DNA of 64,000 nt from Spirochaetota bacterium. GTDB taxonomy: Bacteria > Spirochaetota > UBA12135 > COTS27 > JAFLEE01. The stretch spans positions 20,752 to 84,751 of the forward strand of contig JAFLEE010000010.1 of the NCBI GenBank assembly GCA_017302015.1. The letters are read 5' to 3'. The notes under the pieces are model-generated. The model searched no databases, was not told the DNA's origin, and saw only the letters and a list, made by a program, of their open reading frames with translations. Below are positions 1 to 9,926 of this stretch, piece after piece. A program made the position numbers and the translations under genes. Numbering within the stretch: the stretch's first letter is position 1; each line of letters begins with the position of its first letter.

Positions 1-451
1 CTCCGGCGGGCTTGACGATACAGGGAAAGGACAGACCGGAATCAGAGAAGGCCCTGGCGGGTTCTTCGGCGACGCCGGGCATCCCCGTATGGATGGAGCG
101 GGGGGTGGGCACCCCGGCGCGGGTCCATTCGGCTTTGAGCGCCGGTTTGGAGAGGCAGCGTTCGAGGGTCGCGCCATCGGAACCGACGAAAGGCAATCCG
201 CGTTCTTCCAAGAATCCATGAACGTTGATCGGTTTCCCCCGATCGTCGATGAGGTGGTGGACCGCGGAGTAGATCAGGTCTGGACATGGGCGGACGAGCG
301 CTTGCTCGAGATCGGCGAGGCGCCCCGGATGGCAACGTGCCAACCTGACGCCGGGTCCCGAGAGCGCTTCCTCGATTCGCCGCAGCCGGGAAGCGCCTGG
401 ATCAACGATCCATGGGCGGGGGACGGGGTGGCCGAGCAGGAGGATATTCAT
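1..451 (-). CDS. ATP-grasp ligase, D-alanine--D-alanine-ligase-like (N-terminal part; gene runs off window start)
   Basis: My reverse-complement translation from the ATG at 451 reads MNILLLGHPVP...HHLIDDRGKPINVHGFLEERGLPFVGSDGATLERCLSKPALKAEW...SFPCIVKPAG with no stop to position 1. This is the Ddl-type N/central domain pattern with the xVKPA ATP-grasp motif. It is not in the ORF track because no stop lies in the window. Confidence 0.5.
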   Translation of the reverse strand, partial: MNILLLGHPVPRPWIVDPGASRLRRIEEALSGPGVRLARCHPGRLADLEQALVRPCPDLIYSAVHHLIDDRGKPINVHGFLEERGLPFVGSDGATLERCLSKPALKAEWTRAGVPTPRSIHTGMPGVAEEPARAFSDSGLSFPCIVKPAG

Positions 452-865
452 GGAACGGTTTGCCGGGCTTCGGCACCCCCCGCCCCAACCATGCCAGGCC
501 TGTGGCCCGGCATGGGAAGGAGGTTCGGAGCGGGGGCGGTTCTCAGGTGCCGACCCTCGAAGCATACGCGATCTTTCGTTCCGATGGGATCGGGAACTTT
601 CTGATTTGGGCCTATGGATTTACTCCATTTTTCTCTTTTAGATGCCGACGCGGCCAGTCTCGTCATCCGAGCGGGGTGGTGTGCCGGCATGCACGTTCAG
701 GGCGATTCGAACACCAAAAAGTGGATCTGCGTGCTAAACCGTCGATTCCCCGCTTAAGGCGCGGCGATGGCGATTGTTTTTTCAGGCTTACTCGGCCCGC
801 GAGGGGGCGTGGAGCGACCATCCCCGCAAGCAGGCGGTGGGGGCGTCAAATCGGAAAGACCCGCT

Positions 866-2713
866 TCAGCCGAACCGTTCCCGGACGCCAAGGGGGATTC
901 CGGCGTCATCCACCACCTTCACCCCCCCCCGTACCATGCGCGTCTTCCATTTTGTGGCCGCTTGAAACTCGTCGCGGCACTCCCAAAGCCAGGGCACGGG
1001 AAGGAATCCCTTCGCCATGATTTCATGGAGGCCCTCCGCCCGGTAGGGCTGCGCGATCCGTTTTTCGATGGCGAGGAGGACCGCGCGGCAATCGGCCGCC
1101 AGTTCCCGCTCGCGCGCCTCCAATTCGGGGTTTTGGTGGATCGTGGCGATGCGCCCGCGCTTTTTTTCCAGACGGTAGGAATCCAGCGCGGCGCGGGTGA
1201 TTTGGATGCTCTCCTCGATGACCTGCGGGTCGGCGAGGTCGTTGCCCTCGGAATAACTCACCACATGGATGATGGGCGGGCTGGCGGGATCTTCCCCCTC
1301 GATGTCGTCCATGAGGGCGGTCACAGCCGCCAATTGGCACTTGGCCGTGTCGAGGTCGCTGGAGAAATAATCCAACCCGCCGCGGGGTTGAAGGATGACG
1401 CGGAAGTCCGCGTCCTCGAGTTCCCGGACTAGGCGGAGCATGACCCGGGATTTGGCGAGATCTTGGATGCCCCAGGTCATCTTCGGGGTATTGAGCATGT
1501 TCTGGAGGATGAGGGTGGAGATGCCGTTTTGTTTCGCCGCACGGGCGGCGATCACGGCGGCGACCACATAGGTGACGTCATCGGCGCCCCGGAAGGAGAA
1601 GTGGTGGGAGACGTTGGGCTCCATGGGTTTTCCCGTGCCCGCGATGTACTTCATCGCCGCCTCGTGCTCGCGCAGGTTCTCGAGGACCGTGTGGGGCCCC
1701 CGGCCGTCGCTCTTGCAGAACCACCAGAGCGAGAGGGCGTGCCACGCCATATGCAGGTGCTGCTCGTGGACCGCGGCGAGACGGGGGATTCCCTTCGTGC
1801 CCGCATAGGTTCGCACGAGCATGGGGCGCGCCGCCTTCCAGACCGCATCGAGTTCATCGATCTGGTTGAGCGGCACGCCGCCCCCGTTGGGCAACCCCGT
1901 CCAGTCTTCCCCGAAATGAGATTGGGTGAGTTGGGAACTCCCGATGGAGAGGATGTCGAGGAAGCCACCGCTGGCGAGTTTCTTCGTCCACTCGAGGAAT
2001 AGGCCGACCGCTTCTTTCCGGTCCGGCAGGTAGGGCCCGACGTGCGCCCTCATGATGGGGGGGAGACCGTTTTTTCGGCCGTGGGCCCAGCGGCGCAGCA
2101 GCGTATCGGCCTCGCCACCGAACTCGGGGTAGCCGCTGCGGTCCACCGGCCGGATGCCCTTGTGGCTGCCGCTCTGGATCAACTCGCGGGCGAACCCCAT
2201 GCGCTGCTCGTCATAGGCCGTGCCCTCCGCCAATTCCTTCGGCATCCGATCGGGGTCGACCCCGAGTTTGACTAGGGTCTCGAGGGGCGTTTCGTCCCCG
2301 GTGAACGTCTGCTCGATCTCGGGAACCCGTTCCCGGACCATGGCGCAGGCCGCGGGGAGGCCGGAAAAATAGAGGGCGCGCAGTGGCCCCCCCTTCGTCG
2401 CGAAGGCCCGCATTCGGGTAAGTTCCGAAACCAATCGCGCGAGGCGTTCGACCCCTTCGCGGGGGTCCAGCCGATACGAGAATCCGAGGCGCGTGATTCG
2501 GTTCGCGGTCAGCCATCCATGGATGGCTTCGCGATGCGGGGCGATTTCCGGGCGGCTGAACCAGGCGCACTCCGCACCGTCGGCCACCATGACCCGGTGG
2601 CCGCAATCCTCCAGGAGTTGGGCCACCGAGGCGATCCCGAGGGAATGGGCATCCACGGAGGGTCGCACGAGGGCCAGGATTTCGTCCGAGCGCATGGGGA
2701 TGGGGGTTCTCAT
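866..2713 (-). CDS. cobalamin (B12)-binding domain protein with ~480-aa C-terminal domain (possible fused mutase-like enzyme)
   Basis: 615-aa ORF. The N-terminus carries the DxHxxG B12-binding signature (SVDAHSLGIASV) in a Rossmann-like segment. There is no CxxxCxxC radical-SAM motif. The rest has no motif I can name. Confidence 0.55.
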   Translation of the reverse strand: MRTPIPMRSDEILALVRPSVDAHSLGIASVAQLLEDCGHRVMVADGAECAWFSRPEIAPHREAIHGWLTANRITRLGFSYRLDPREGVERLARLVSELTRMRAFATKGGPLRALYFSGLPAACAMVRERVPEIEQTFTGDETPLETLVKLGVDPDRMPKELAEGTAYDEQRMGFARELIQSGSHKGIRPVDRSGYPEFGGEADTLLRRWAHGRKNGLPPIMRAHVGPYLPDRKEAVGLFLEWTKKLASGGFLDILSIGSSQLTQSHFGEDWTGLPNGGGVPLNQIDELDAVWKAARPMLVRTYAGTKGIPRLAAVHEQHLHMAWHALSLWWFCKSDGRGPHTVLENLREHEAAMKYIAGTGKPMEPNVSHHFSFRGADDVTYVVAAVIAARAAKQNGISTLILQNMLNTPKMTWGIQDLAKSRVMLRLVRELEDADFRVILQPRGGLDYFSSDLDTAKCQLAAVTALMDDIEGEDPASPPIIHVVSYSEGNDLADPQVIEESIQITRAALDSYRLEKKRGRIATIHQNPELEARERELAADCRAVLLAIEKRIAQPYRAEGLHEIMAKGFLPVPWLWECRDEFQAATKWKTRMVRGGVKVVDDAGIPLGVRERFG

Positions 2714-2750
2714 GTCGGGTCCTTGGGGCCTCTGTCGGCGGGAGCGGGGG

Positions 2751-3437
2751 CTAGCCCTCCAAATCTCCGCCGCGATCGTCGCGGTGGCGCTCTTTGATCC
2801 TGAGTATGAACTTCTCGGCGGCTTCTCGGGCGAGGTCCTTGCATCCGAGGCCGAAGGCCAGGGCGGCCCCGCCGGCCACGGCCGTCAGCAGGATCTGGAA
2901 AGTGGGCCCGAGGAGGTTCCCGCCGAGGTCGACCTGCTCCACCGCGATGAGCAGGACGAACACCCAGCCGATCCATTTGGCGACTTTCGCGAGTAAGTGG
3001 GCGTAGGTCAGCCCCGCGTTACGGGCGACGGTACGCAGGAAATTGGAGAGGAAGGAGACGACGAGGAAACCCACCCCGAGGATCACCAGGGCTCCGAGAA
3101 AAGCGGCCGCTTTGGAGGCGAGTTGGCGGCGGAAGGCCTCCATCACGCCGAGATCGAGCACCCGCGAGAACAGGAAGAGCGTCGTGAGCAGGGTCACCCA
3201 TCCCGCCCCGATGCCGATGAGTTGGCTCGGGCGGCTCTGGACCTCGCCTTTCCGAAGGAATTCTGTGATCCCGAGGCGCCCGCAGAGGGCATTGAATCGC
3301 AAGAGCCCCAGGCCGCGGCTGAGGAGCAGTCGGATGAGGAACGCGGCGATGAGACCCGCGACCAGGACCAGGAGCGCGAGGAGCCACGAGGGCGCCCAGG
3401 GCTTCAGCGAATCGATGAGTCGGTTGAGTGGTTCCAT
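2751..3437 (-). CDS. small integral membrane protein (MscS-like, conserved TM helices)
   Basis: 228-aa ORF with several hydrophobic helices and a charged C-terminus. It sits 38 bp upstream of and co-directional with the B12-domain gene. Confidence 0.45.
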   Translation of the reverse strand: MEPLNRLIDSLKPWAPSWLLALLVLVAGLIAAFLIRLLLSRGLGLLRFNALCGRLGITEFLRKGEVQSRPSQLIGIGAGWVTLLTTLFLFSRVLDLGVMEAFRRQLASKAAAFLGALVILGVGFLVVSFLSNFLRTVARNAGLTYAHLLAKVAKWIGWVFVLLIAVEQVDLGGNLLGPTFQILLTAVAGGAALAFGLGCKDLAREAAEKFILRIKERHRDDRGGDLEG

Positions 3438-3453
3438 GGGATTCCTCGCGGGG

Positions 3454-4605
3454 TCATTTCGATTTGATTCCGATGACCCGGTGGCGGATTTCGCGGAGGC
3501 TCATGCCATCGAGGCCCATCCGTTTCATCGTCCGGCCCTCGGCGCGGTAATCCTTCTGGTGGGCCGCGCTCGCCAATTGGATAACCAGATCGATCATCGG
3601 CGTGGGCACCTTGAGCGCGGCGCCGAGTTCCGACATGGGGACGAGGCTCATGGGCACATCCTCGAAGATATAGCGGTGGTCGAGATTGGCCGGGGCCTTG
3701 ATCCCGCGGTAACTTTCCGTCTTCTGGATCGCCTCGTGGAGGGTCTTCCCGGGCGAATCATAGGTGAGATAGAGCCATTCCCGGGCCGAGACCGTGTGCA
3801 CCCCCAGGCTTTTGGAGACGGCGAGCCGATCATCATCGACGCCGGTGAGGATGCGGGCGATGGTCGGGGTGATCCCCTGGAGATAATAGTCGAAATCGCC
3901 CCGGGTCGATTCGATCCACCCGGCGTTGAGGAGGGTCAAGGCGGGATGGAAAATGGCGCCGATATTTTCCATGCTCGTCGAGAGGACGTTCGTGCCGGCC
4001 TTGAACTCGGGGAAGGCGTCGGCGAGCACCCCGAGCACCGGGGGAATCCAGTGGGCCGGAAGCGTCGCGAGGGCCACGGCGTTCTTGACGCGGAAGATGC
4101 GTGCCGAGGAGCGGGAGAGGGCCCGCGAGGCGTAGAGGAACGTGGAAGTCTCTCCGATGCATACGAGGGCGCCGCAGCGCTTCTCGGCGAGCGCCTGCTG
4201 GAACTCCAGCGCGCCGCCGGTGCGCCCCGGATTGAGGATCACGATCTGGCCGTCGACCAGGTGGGGAGCCATCTTTTCGGCGAGGGAACGGTGCGCCGTG
4301 GAGGGAGTCACGACCATGACGACGTCGACGCCCGAGAGGGCTTCACCCATGTCCGAGGTCGCCTTCTCGACGGGGCCGAACCCCTCGTGCGTGCCCTCCA
4401 GGTCGATTCCCCCACTCCAGAGGACCCCTTGGAGGTTCTTTTCAGACCGGTTGTAGAGGTGGACCGGGTAGCCCCTAAGCCCGAGGTAGGCCGCCATGGC
4501 CATGCCCCCGTGGCCCGCGCCGACCACGCAGAAACGCAGGCCCATGCCCTTTCCCTTCGCCGCCTCGAGGAGTCGGTGGAGCTTTTCTTCGGTGGATTTC
4601 GACAA
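3454..4605 (-). CDS. NAD(P)-dependent opine dehydrogenase family oxidoreductase
   Basis: 383 aa. N-terminal Rossmann motif VVGAGHGGMAMAAYL, with length and central/C-terminal pattern typical of the octopine/nopaline dehydrogenase family. Confidence 0.65.
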   Translation of the reverse strand: MSKSTEEKLHRLLEAAKGKGMGLRFCVVGAGHGGMAMAAYLGLRGYPVHLYNRSEKNLQGVLWSGGIDLEGTHEGFGPVEKATSDMGEALSGVDVVMVVTPSTAHRSLAEKMAPHLVDGQIVILNPGRTGGALEFQQALAEKRCGALVCIGETSTFLYASRALSRSSARIFRVKNAVALATLPAHWIPPVLGVLADAFPEFKAGTNVLSTSMENIGAIFHPALTLLNAGWIESTRGDFDYYLQGITPTIARILTGVDDDRLAVSKSLGVHTVSAREWLYLTYDSPGKTLHEAIQKTESYRGIKAPANLDHRYIFEDVPMSLVPMSELGAALKVPTPMIDLVIQLASAAHQKDYRAEGRTMKRMGLDGMSLREIRHRVIGIKSK

Positions 4606-4731
4606 ATGCGGCCCCTAGGTTGTTTCTCTATTCTAGGATAGGCCAAAGAGGCCTCACATGGGCGAACCCCTGAAAAGGAGTAGGGAATCTACCTAAGTCG
4701 TGCGCGGAACGCCGTTCCTGATGCCCGCCAT

Positions 4732-5997
4732 TCAGTTGGAAAAGGCGAAAATAACGATCCCCACCGCATAGCCTACGAGCACCGGGAGGGTCGCGCGACG
4801 CAAATACCAGCCAAATCCGACCCTTGCCATGCCCATGAGCGCCACGCCCGCCGCGCTCCCGATGATGAGGAGGCTTCCGCCCGTTCCCGTCGTCAGGGCG
4901 AGGATTTTCCAGAAGGGGTCGTCGATGGGGAATCGGTCGAGGGGATACACGTTCTGGACGGCGGCCACCAGGGGCACGTTGTCGACGATCGCGGAGAGTA
5001 TGCCCATCGCCCAGGCCAGGTGCTCCGGGTTCGCGATGCGCCGGTCGAGGAAACTTTGGGCCACCCCCAGAACGCCGGAGGCCTGGAGGGCGCCCACGGC
5101 GAGGATGATTCCAAGGAAGAACAGGAGGGTCGGAACATCGAGTCGAGTCAGGACGCCTTGTACGGAGGAACGATCTCTCGCTTCATCGCCCCGTTTCCTG
5201 TGGAAAAGCTCGGCGAGGGTCCAGCAAGCGACCATCCCGAGGAAAATACCGAACCAGGGCGGCATATGCAGGAAAATCTTGAGAAACGGGACGGAGAGCA
5301 GGGCGAGAAGGCCGGAAGCGAGGAAGAGGACTTGAACGCCCACCGGGTAGGGGGACCTTCCCTCTTTCGTCGGGGGAGGCGCTGGGAGTCGTGGCAGTTT
5401 TGCCACTCGCGGAGTCATCAGAATTTGGACGGTCAGGAACATCGCAAGCGAAGGAAGGAAGGTGGCCTTTGCGATGCCGGGCGCCGAGATCTGGCCACCG
5501 ATCCAGAGCATAGTGGTCGTCACGTCGCCGATGGCGGACCAGGCGCCGCCGGCATTGACCGCGACGATGATGGAAACGGCGAGCCACTTGCGGAACTCGG
5601 CATCCTCGGTGAGCCCCAGGACCACGGTCATCATGACGATGGCCGCCGTCAGGTTGTCGAGGACCGGCGACAGGAAGAAGGCGAGGGCCCCCACGATCCA
5701 AAAAACGGAAAGCGGTCTTCGGCTGCGCACGGCGCGCCGTACGAGCGAAAAGCCGTCATGGGCGTCCACCAATCCCACGATGGTCATCGCCCCCATGAGA
5801 AAAAAGACGATCTCGGAGGCGGACTTCAGATGGTGGCCCAGGGCCTCCCAGGCGCCCGGTCCCCCCCCGGAGAGCGACCAAGCGGTCCAGGTAGTGAGGG
5901 CCGCCAAGAGGGCGGCCGCGGTTCGGTGGAACCTCGCCACGGCTTCTGCGGTGATGAGCAAATAGCAGGCAATGAACAAGCCAGAGATGAGCAGCAT
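4732..5997 (-). CDS. ArsB/NhaD/CitMHS-superfamily permease
   Basis: 421 aa, polytopic membrane protein. It has two hydrophobic repeat halves with Gly/Pro-rich hairpin segments typical of the ion-transporter (IT) superfamily. Confidence 0.55.
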   Translation of the reverse strand: MLLISGLFIACYLLITAEAVARFHRTAAALLAALTTWTAWSLSGGGPGAWEALGHHLKSASEIVFFLMGAMTIVGLVDAHDGFSLVRRAVRSRRPLSVFWIVGALAFFLSPVLDNLTAAIVMMTVVLGLTEDAEFRKWLAVSIIVAVNAGGAWSAIGDVTTTMLWIGGQISAPGIAKATFLPSLAMFLTVQILMTPRVAKLPRLPAPPPTKEGRSPYPVGVQVLFLASGLLALLSVPFLKIFLHMPPWFGIFLGMVACWTLAELFHRKRGDEARDRSSVQGVLTRLDVPTLLFFLGIILAVGALQASGVLGVAQSFLDRRIANPEHLAWAMGILSAIVDNVPLVAAVQNVYPLDRFPIDDPFWKILALTTGTGGSLLIIGSAAGVALMGMARVGFGWYLRRATLPVLVGYAVGIVIFAFSN

Positions 5998-6073
5998 GGT
6001 CTATCCTCGCATGACTCGGGTTCGTCACGTGAAGCCGTCTCGCAAATGGAGGTCATGCACTGCGCGCGGATTT

Positions 6074-7591
6074 TTAAGTCGCCGCGGTCCAATCCCGGGT
6101 TCGCCCGACCAGAGCGGGGGAGAGGTGGCTTGGCATCTGTTCCCGCCAGATCCGGTAATAGTAGAGTTCCTCCACCGATCGGAGCATGAGGTTATGGGCG
6201 ACCTCCCGTTCGGCTTGGAATACAGCGGGGGAAATGGAGCGTCGGGCCAATTCGGCCGCCACCGATGCGGACCCCGCGCCCTCGGAGAATTTCATCTTCT
6301 TGCGCTCCATGATCTCGGGGGGCAATAGCCCGCGGCACGCCTCCCGAAGGATCCATTTTTCGGGTCGGTCCGGCCTCGGTTCGAGCCATTCCGCCGGGAG
6401 TCGGCTGGCCAACCTCACCAGCGCCTGGTCGAGGAAGGGAACCCGGGCTTCCAAACCGAAGGCCATGCTCATGCGGTCGGCGCGTTGGAGGTTGGTGTCT
6501 TGGAGGCGCTCCACCATCCCGGCGAGTTCCTCCTTGAGGGCCGGCCCGCCCTGTAGCCGTTCGAGATAGGGATAGCCGGCGAAGATTTCGTCGGCGCCCT
6601 CCCCGCTGAGGACCACCTTCACGTGCTGCGCGGCCAGCCGCGAGACGAAATACATGGGGACGGCCGATCGCACGAGGGGCGCGTCGAAGGACTCCAGGGC
6701 ACCGATCACCTCGGGGAGGGCGTCGCGAACCTCGGCCGCGGTGTAGATGAGTTCGTGGTGTTGGGTACCGAGATTCTTAGCGACGACGCGCGCAGCTTCG
6801 AGGTCGGGGGCGCCCTCCATTCCGGCGGTGAAGGTATGGAGGTTGACCACATGGGGGCGCATCAAGGCCGCCACCAGGCTGCTATCGAGGCCCCCAGAGA
6901 GGTAAACGCCCACCGGCACGTCGCTCATGAGGCGCTTGACGACCGATCGCGTGAGGCATTGCCGCAGACGTGCCAGACTATCCGCGAGGGATTCGCTGGC
7001 CAGGACGGGTCGGGGCGGGAAGGGGAGCGCATAGCGCCATGGCGCGCCGCCGGGCGACCACGCATGGCCCGCCGGAAGCGCCTGGAGCGAGTCCATGGGC
7101 GGGAAGGCCTTGAGTTCGCTGGCGGCGAGGAAGGCGCCGCTGCGCTCCCCGAAGTAAAGCGGTTTGATGCCGTAAGGATCCCGCGCCAAGAGGAGGCCTT
7201 CGGGGCCGGCCCACGCGGCCGCGAACATGCCATCCAAGCGGGGGAGGAGATCCTCCCCGAATTCCTCGAATCCATGAATGAGGACTTCGGTATCCGAGCG
7301 GGTCCTGAATCGGTGGTTTTTCTCCAGTTCGGCCTTCAAGAGGAGGTGGTTATAGATCTCCCCGTTGAAGCTCACCATGAGGTTGGCCCGTTCATTGACC
7401 ATGGGCTGTCGACCGCCGGGGGCGTCCAGGATCGCCAGTCGCACATGCCCGAAATGGGTTCCGTTGATGCGGAAATCGCCCTCGCCATCGGGGCCCCGAT
7501 GCCGCAATTTCCCCATCATCTCACGCAGGGGATCCTCTCGGGTCCAACCATGGGCAACAACGATACCGCACATGAGGTCTCCTCTCGACAA
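6074..7591 (-). CDS. asnB: asparagine synthetase (glutamine-hydrolysing) family amidotransferase
   Basis: 505 aa. Starts MCGIVV (Ntn class-II glutamine amidotransferase Cys2). Contains the PP-loop ATP pyrophosphatase motif SGGLDSS. Confidence 0.8.
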   Translation of the reverse strand: MSRGDLMCGIVVAHGWTREDPLREMMGKLRHRGPDGEGDFRINGTHFGHVRLAILDAPGGRQPMVNERANLMVSFNGEIYNHLLLKAELEKNHRFRTRSDTEVLIHGFEEFGEDLLPRLDGMFAAAWAGPEGLLLARDPYGIKPLYFGERSGAFLAASELKAFPPMDSLQALPAGHAWSPGGAPWRYALPFPPRPVLASESLADSLARLRQCLTRSVVKRLMSDVPVGVYLSGGLDSSLVAALMRPHVVNLHTFTAGMEGAPDLEAARVVAKNLGTQHHELIYTAAEVRDALPEVIGALESFDAPLVRSAVPMYFVSRLAAQHVKVVLSGEGADEIFAGYPYLERLQGGPALKEELAGMVERLQDTNLQRADRMSMAFGLEARVPFLDQALVRLASRLPAEWLEPRPDRPEKWILREACRGLLPPEIMERKKMKFSEGAGSASVAAELARRSISPAVFQAEREVAHNLMLRSVEELYYYRIWREQMPSHLSPALVGRTRDWTAAT

Positions 7592-7979
7592 TAAAAAACA
7601 ACTCGTCGGCTCCCTAGGGACAAGTCGCGGATGGTGGCGTCACCGCCCCAGCGGTTCATCGAATTTTGACGGTGGTAGTATGGCTTATGGTCTTGTTCGG
7701 AAGATATGGGGGAAATTCTGAAAGGGGACTAAGAAAGGCGGGGCGAAGGAATTCGACTGAAAGCTCCCCGTGGACGCAGATTCAGCCTTTTTACCCAACC
7801 GGTTTCGTCACGCTTTGCGCATTCTAGTAGAAGTCTCATGCGCGCTCGCAAAAGGGTTCTGGTTGACGTAAGGGCCTTAAGAGGTATTCCTGTTGGGAAG
7901 GCCGCAAATTCGGTCGTGCTTCCCCCGATTCTGTCGAAGAAATCGATGGTAAAGACAAAAGCGTATTCCCGATGCTGGT

Positions 7980-9902
7980 TTGCGAAAGGCTCCTATTCAG
8001 ATCATGGCGGTTATGAACCAAGATAAGTCCATGGAACAGGCACCCGTCTTTGCCGCAAATTCGGCGAGCGGCCTCTTTGGATGGTGTCGATTGGGATTCA
8101 GAGGCCTCCGATTCCTTGGGATGCTTCAACTGCTGATCGGGGCGGCCTTTCCCGCCATCACTGACCCATGGACTCCCGGCTATTCGTTCCAAAAGCGCCT
8201 TTTGATCACCAACCTGAGCCCGGTGGAGGGCACGGCGCCGCTCCATGATTTTCCCGTCTTGATCGTCGTCACGAACGCGGCCTGGCTCGATCCCTGGCAA
8301 GCTCGGGGCGGCGACATCACCTTCGTCGGAATGGACGGCTCCCAATTGTTCCACGACCTGGAATATTTCGGGGTCGATCTCCAGGGGCGCGCGACGCTCC
8401 AAGCATGGGTCTGCATCCCCACGTGGACCAATCGGACCGCGGTCTGGATGTATTGGAGAAACAGCGCGCCCGGCATGGATTTCGTCGGGTCCAACACGCT
8501 CGAGCGCTACCGAACCACGGTTTCCACCTTCCAGAACCCGGTGATCCAGAGCCTCGTTTGGGATCCGGACTACCTCGTGGTGATGCACTTCTCCGAGCGC
8601 GCGGGCCTGCCCCGGGACATCACTCGTTATGGGTGCCACGCGAGCCAGGTGGGCTCCAATATCTCCAGCAATCGTGCCGGTATCGGGATCGGTATGGGGA
8701 ACCGCATGCAGTCGGATTTCGACGAGGGCTGGGGCGGCTACCACTCCGAGAACACGCTCTATACCGCGCAAAATGGTCCCGGGTGGCAGGGGATGTTCGG
8801 GGTCCGTATCGCGGCCTTCGCGGCGGCCCAGGGGCTCAACCGGGCGGCGGATCGGCTCTATAGCAACGGCCTCGCCGGGGGGACGCTCACGCACTCCCTC
8901 TGGATGCGGTTTGAGGATTACCCCTCCAATTACTATAAGGGTCTCGTGCTCGCCGGGGGGCTTCCCGGGAGCAAGTACACCAATTATGTGCCCGCGACAA
9001 ATTATTCCACCGCCGCGGCCATCTGGGGGCTACGGCGCGCCTGGGGCGAGCCCGATTCGGATGGCTACGGCAGTTTCTGGATCACCGCCACCAACGGCTA
9101 CCCCAATTTCTACTACCGGTCGCGTTTCGGCCAGGTGCCCGCCCTGAGAATCACCAACACCAACGAGGGTCCCGCGGGCTATTATGCCGGGTGGACGAAG
9201 TACGACCAGGTGTGCGACATGGACTATCTAGCGAACCAGGTTTCCATGCGCATCGTCAAGAATGGCGCGCCGGTCTACAGCAACCGGACCGCCCCGGGGA
9301 GCGAATCGGGCCCGAAGTTCAACGGGCTGACCCTCATGGGTTCGACCTATGAATATATCCCGGCCACGGGGGTGAATCTCCGCGGATCCCCGAAGGCGAC
9401 CTTCGACGAGTATCGATTGTCCGCTTCGGCCCGCTCTTCGAATTGGCTGCTCAACGAATACTCCAATGTGGTCGGCTCGACCCATATGGCCTTCGAGAAC
9501 GGGCTGGATGGGGGTGTCATCGAGAACGTGGCGGATTGGTTCGCCAATTATTTGCGTGAGAACCCCATCGCCAGCGTACCCGATCGGGAGCCGGACGCCA
9601 TCGAATCGGGAGTCCCCGTCGCGTTCGATCCCACCGTCTCGGAGGTCTTGAGGCTTGAGATTCCCGGGGTGGACTATAACCGACGCGTGATCATACGGAT
9701 ACACCCGCTCGTGGGAGGGTCCTCGTACACGGTCTGGGATGGAGAGGTGGCCCCGACCCAACCGCTCGTGGAGATCCCGACGCGGATGCTGCGGTCCCTA
9801 CCGGCCCCGGCGGTTCAGGTCGTGGTGTTCCGGTATCCCGTGGTGGGGAAGGATCGATCCCAGGTCCGGGAGATCCGGAAGATGCTCTTCTTTATTCGGT
9901 AG
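7980..9902 (+). CDS. exported protein with N-terminal DUF2341-like domain
   Basis: 640 aa. Residues ~70-160 (ITNLSPVEGTAPLHDFPVLIVVTNAAWLDPWQARGGDITFVGMDGSQLFHDLEYFGVD...ATLQAWVCIP) match the DUF2341 pattern (nfPvlv...ggdirFtdsdG..lpyEie). The rest is Gly/Asn/Tyr-rich, as in secreted beta-rich proteins. The exact start is uncertain. Confidence 0.5.
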   Translation: MRKAPIQIMAVMNQDKSMEQAPVFAANSASGLFGWCRLGFRGLRFLGMLQLLIGAAFPAITDPWTPGYSFQKRLLITNLSPVEGTAPLHDFPVLIVVTNAAWLDPWQARGGDITFVGMDGSQLFHDLEYFGVDLQGRATLQAWVCIPTWTNRTAVWMYWRNSAPGMDFVGSNTLERYRTTVSTFQNPVIQSLVWDPDYLVVMHFSERAGLPRDITRYGCHASQVGSNISSNRAGIGIGMGNRMQSDFDEGWGGYHSENTLYTAQNGPGWQGMFGVRIAAFAAAQGLNRAADRLYSNGLAGGTLTHSLWMRFEDYPSNYYKGLVLAGGLPGSKYTNYVPATNYSTAAAIWGLRRAWGEPDSDGYGSFWITATNGYPNFYYRSRFGQVPALRITNTNEGPAGYYAGWTKYDQVCDMDYLANQVSMRIVKNGAPVYSNRTAPGSESGPKFNGLTLMGSTYEYIPATGVNLRGSPKATFDEYRLSASARSSNWLLNEYSNVVGSTHMAFENGLDGGVIENVADWFANYLRENPIASVPDREPDAIESGVPVAFDPTVSEVLRLEIPGVDYNRRVIIRIHPLVGGSSYTVWDGEVAPTQPLVEIPTRMLRSLPAPAVQVVVFRYPVVGKDRSQVREIRKMLFFIR

Positions 9903-9926
9903 CAAGGTAAAAACGAGGTGGAAAAC

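Noticed and set aside
42-604. ORFs 12-221(+), 89-604(+), 42-335(-) at the window start
   Set aside because: They overlap the better-supported ATP-grasp gene read on the minus strand. Their products are Arg/Pro-rich low complexity.
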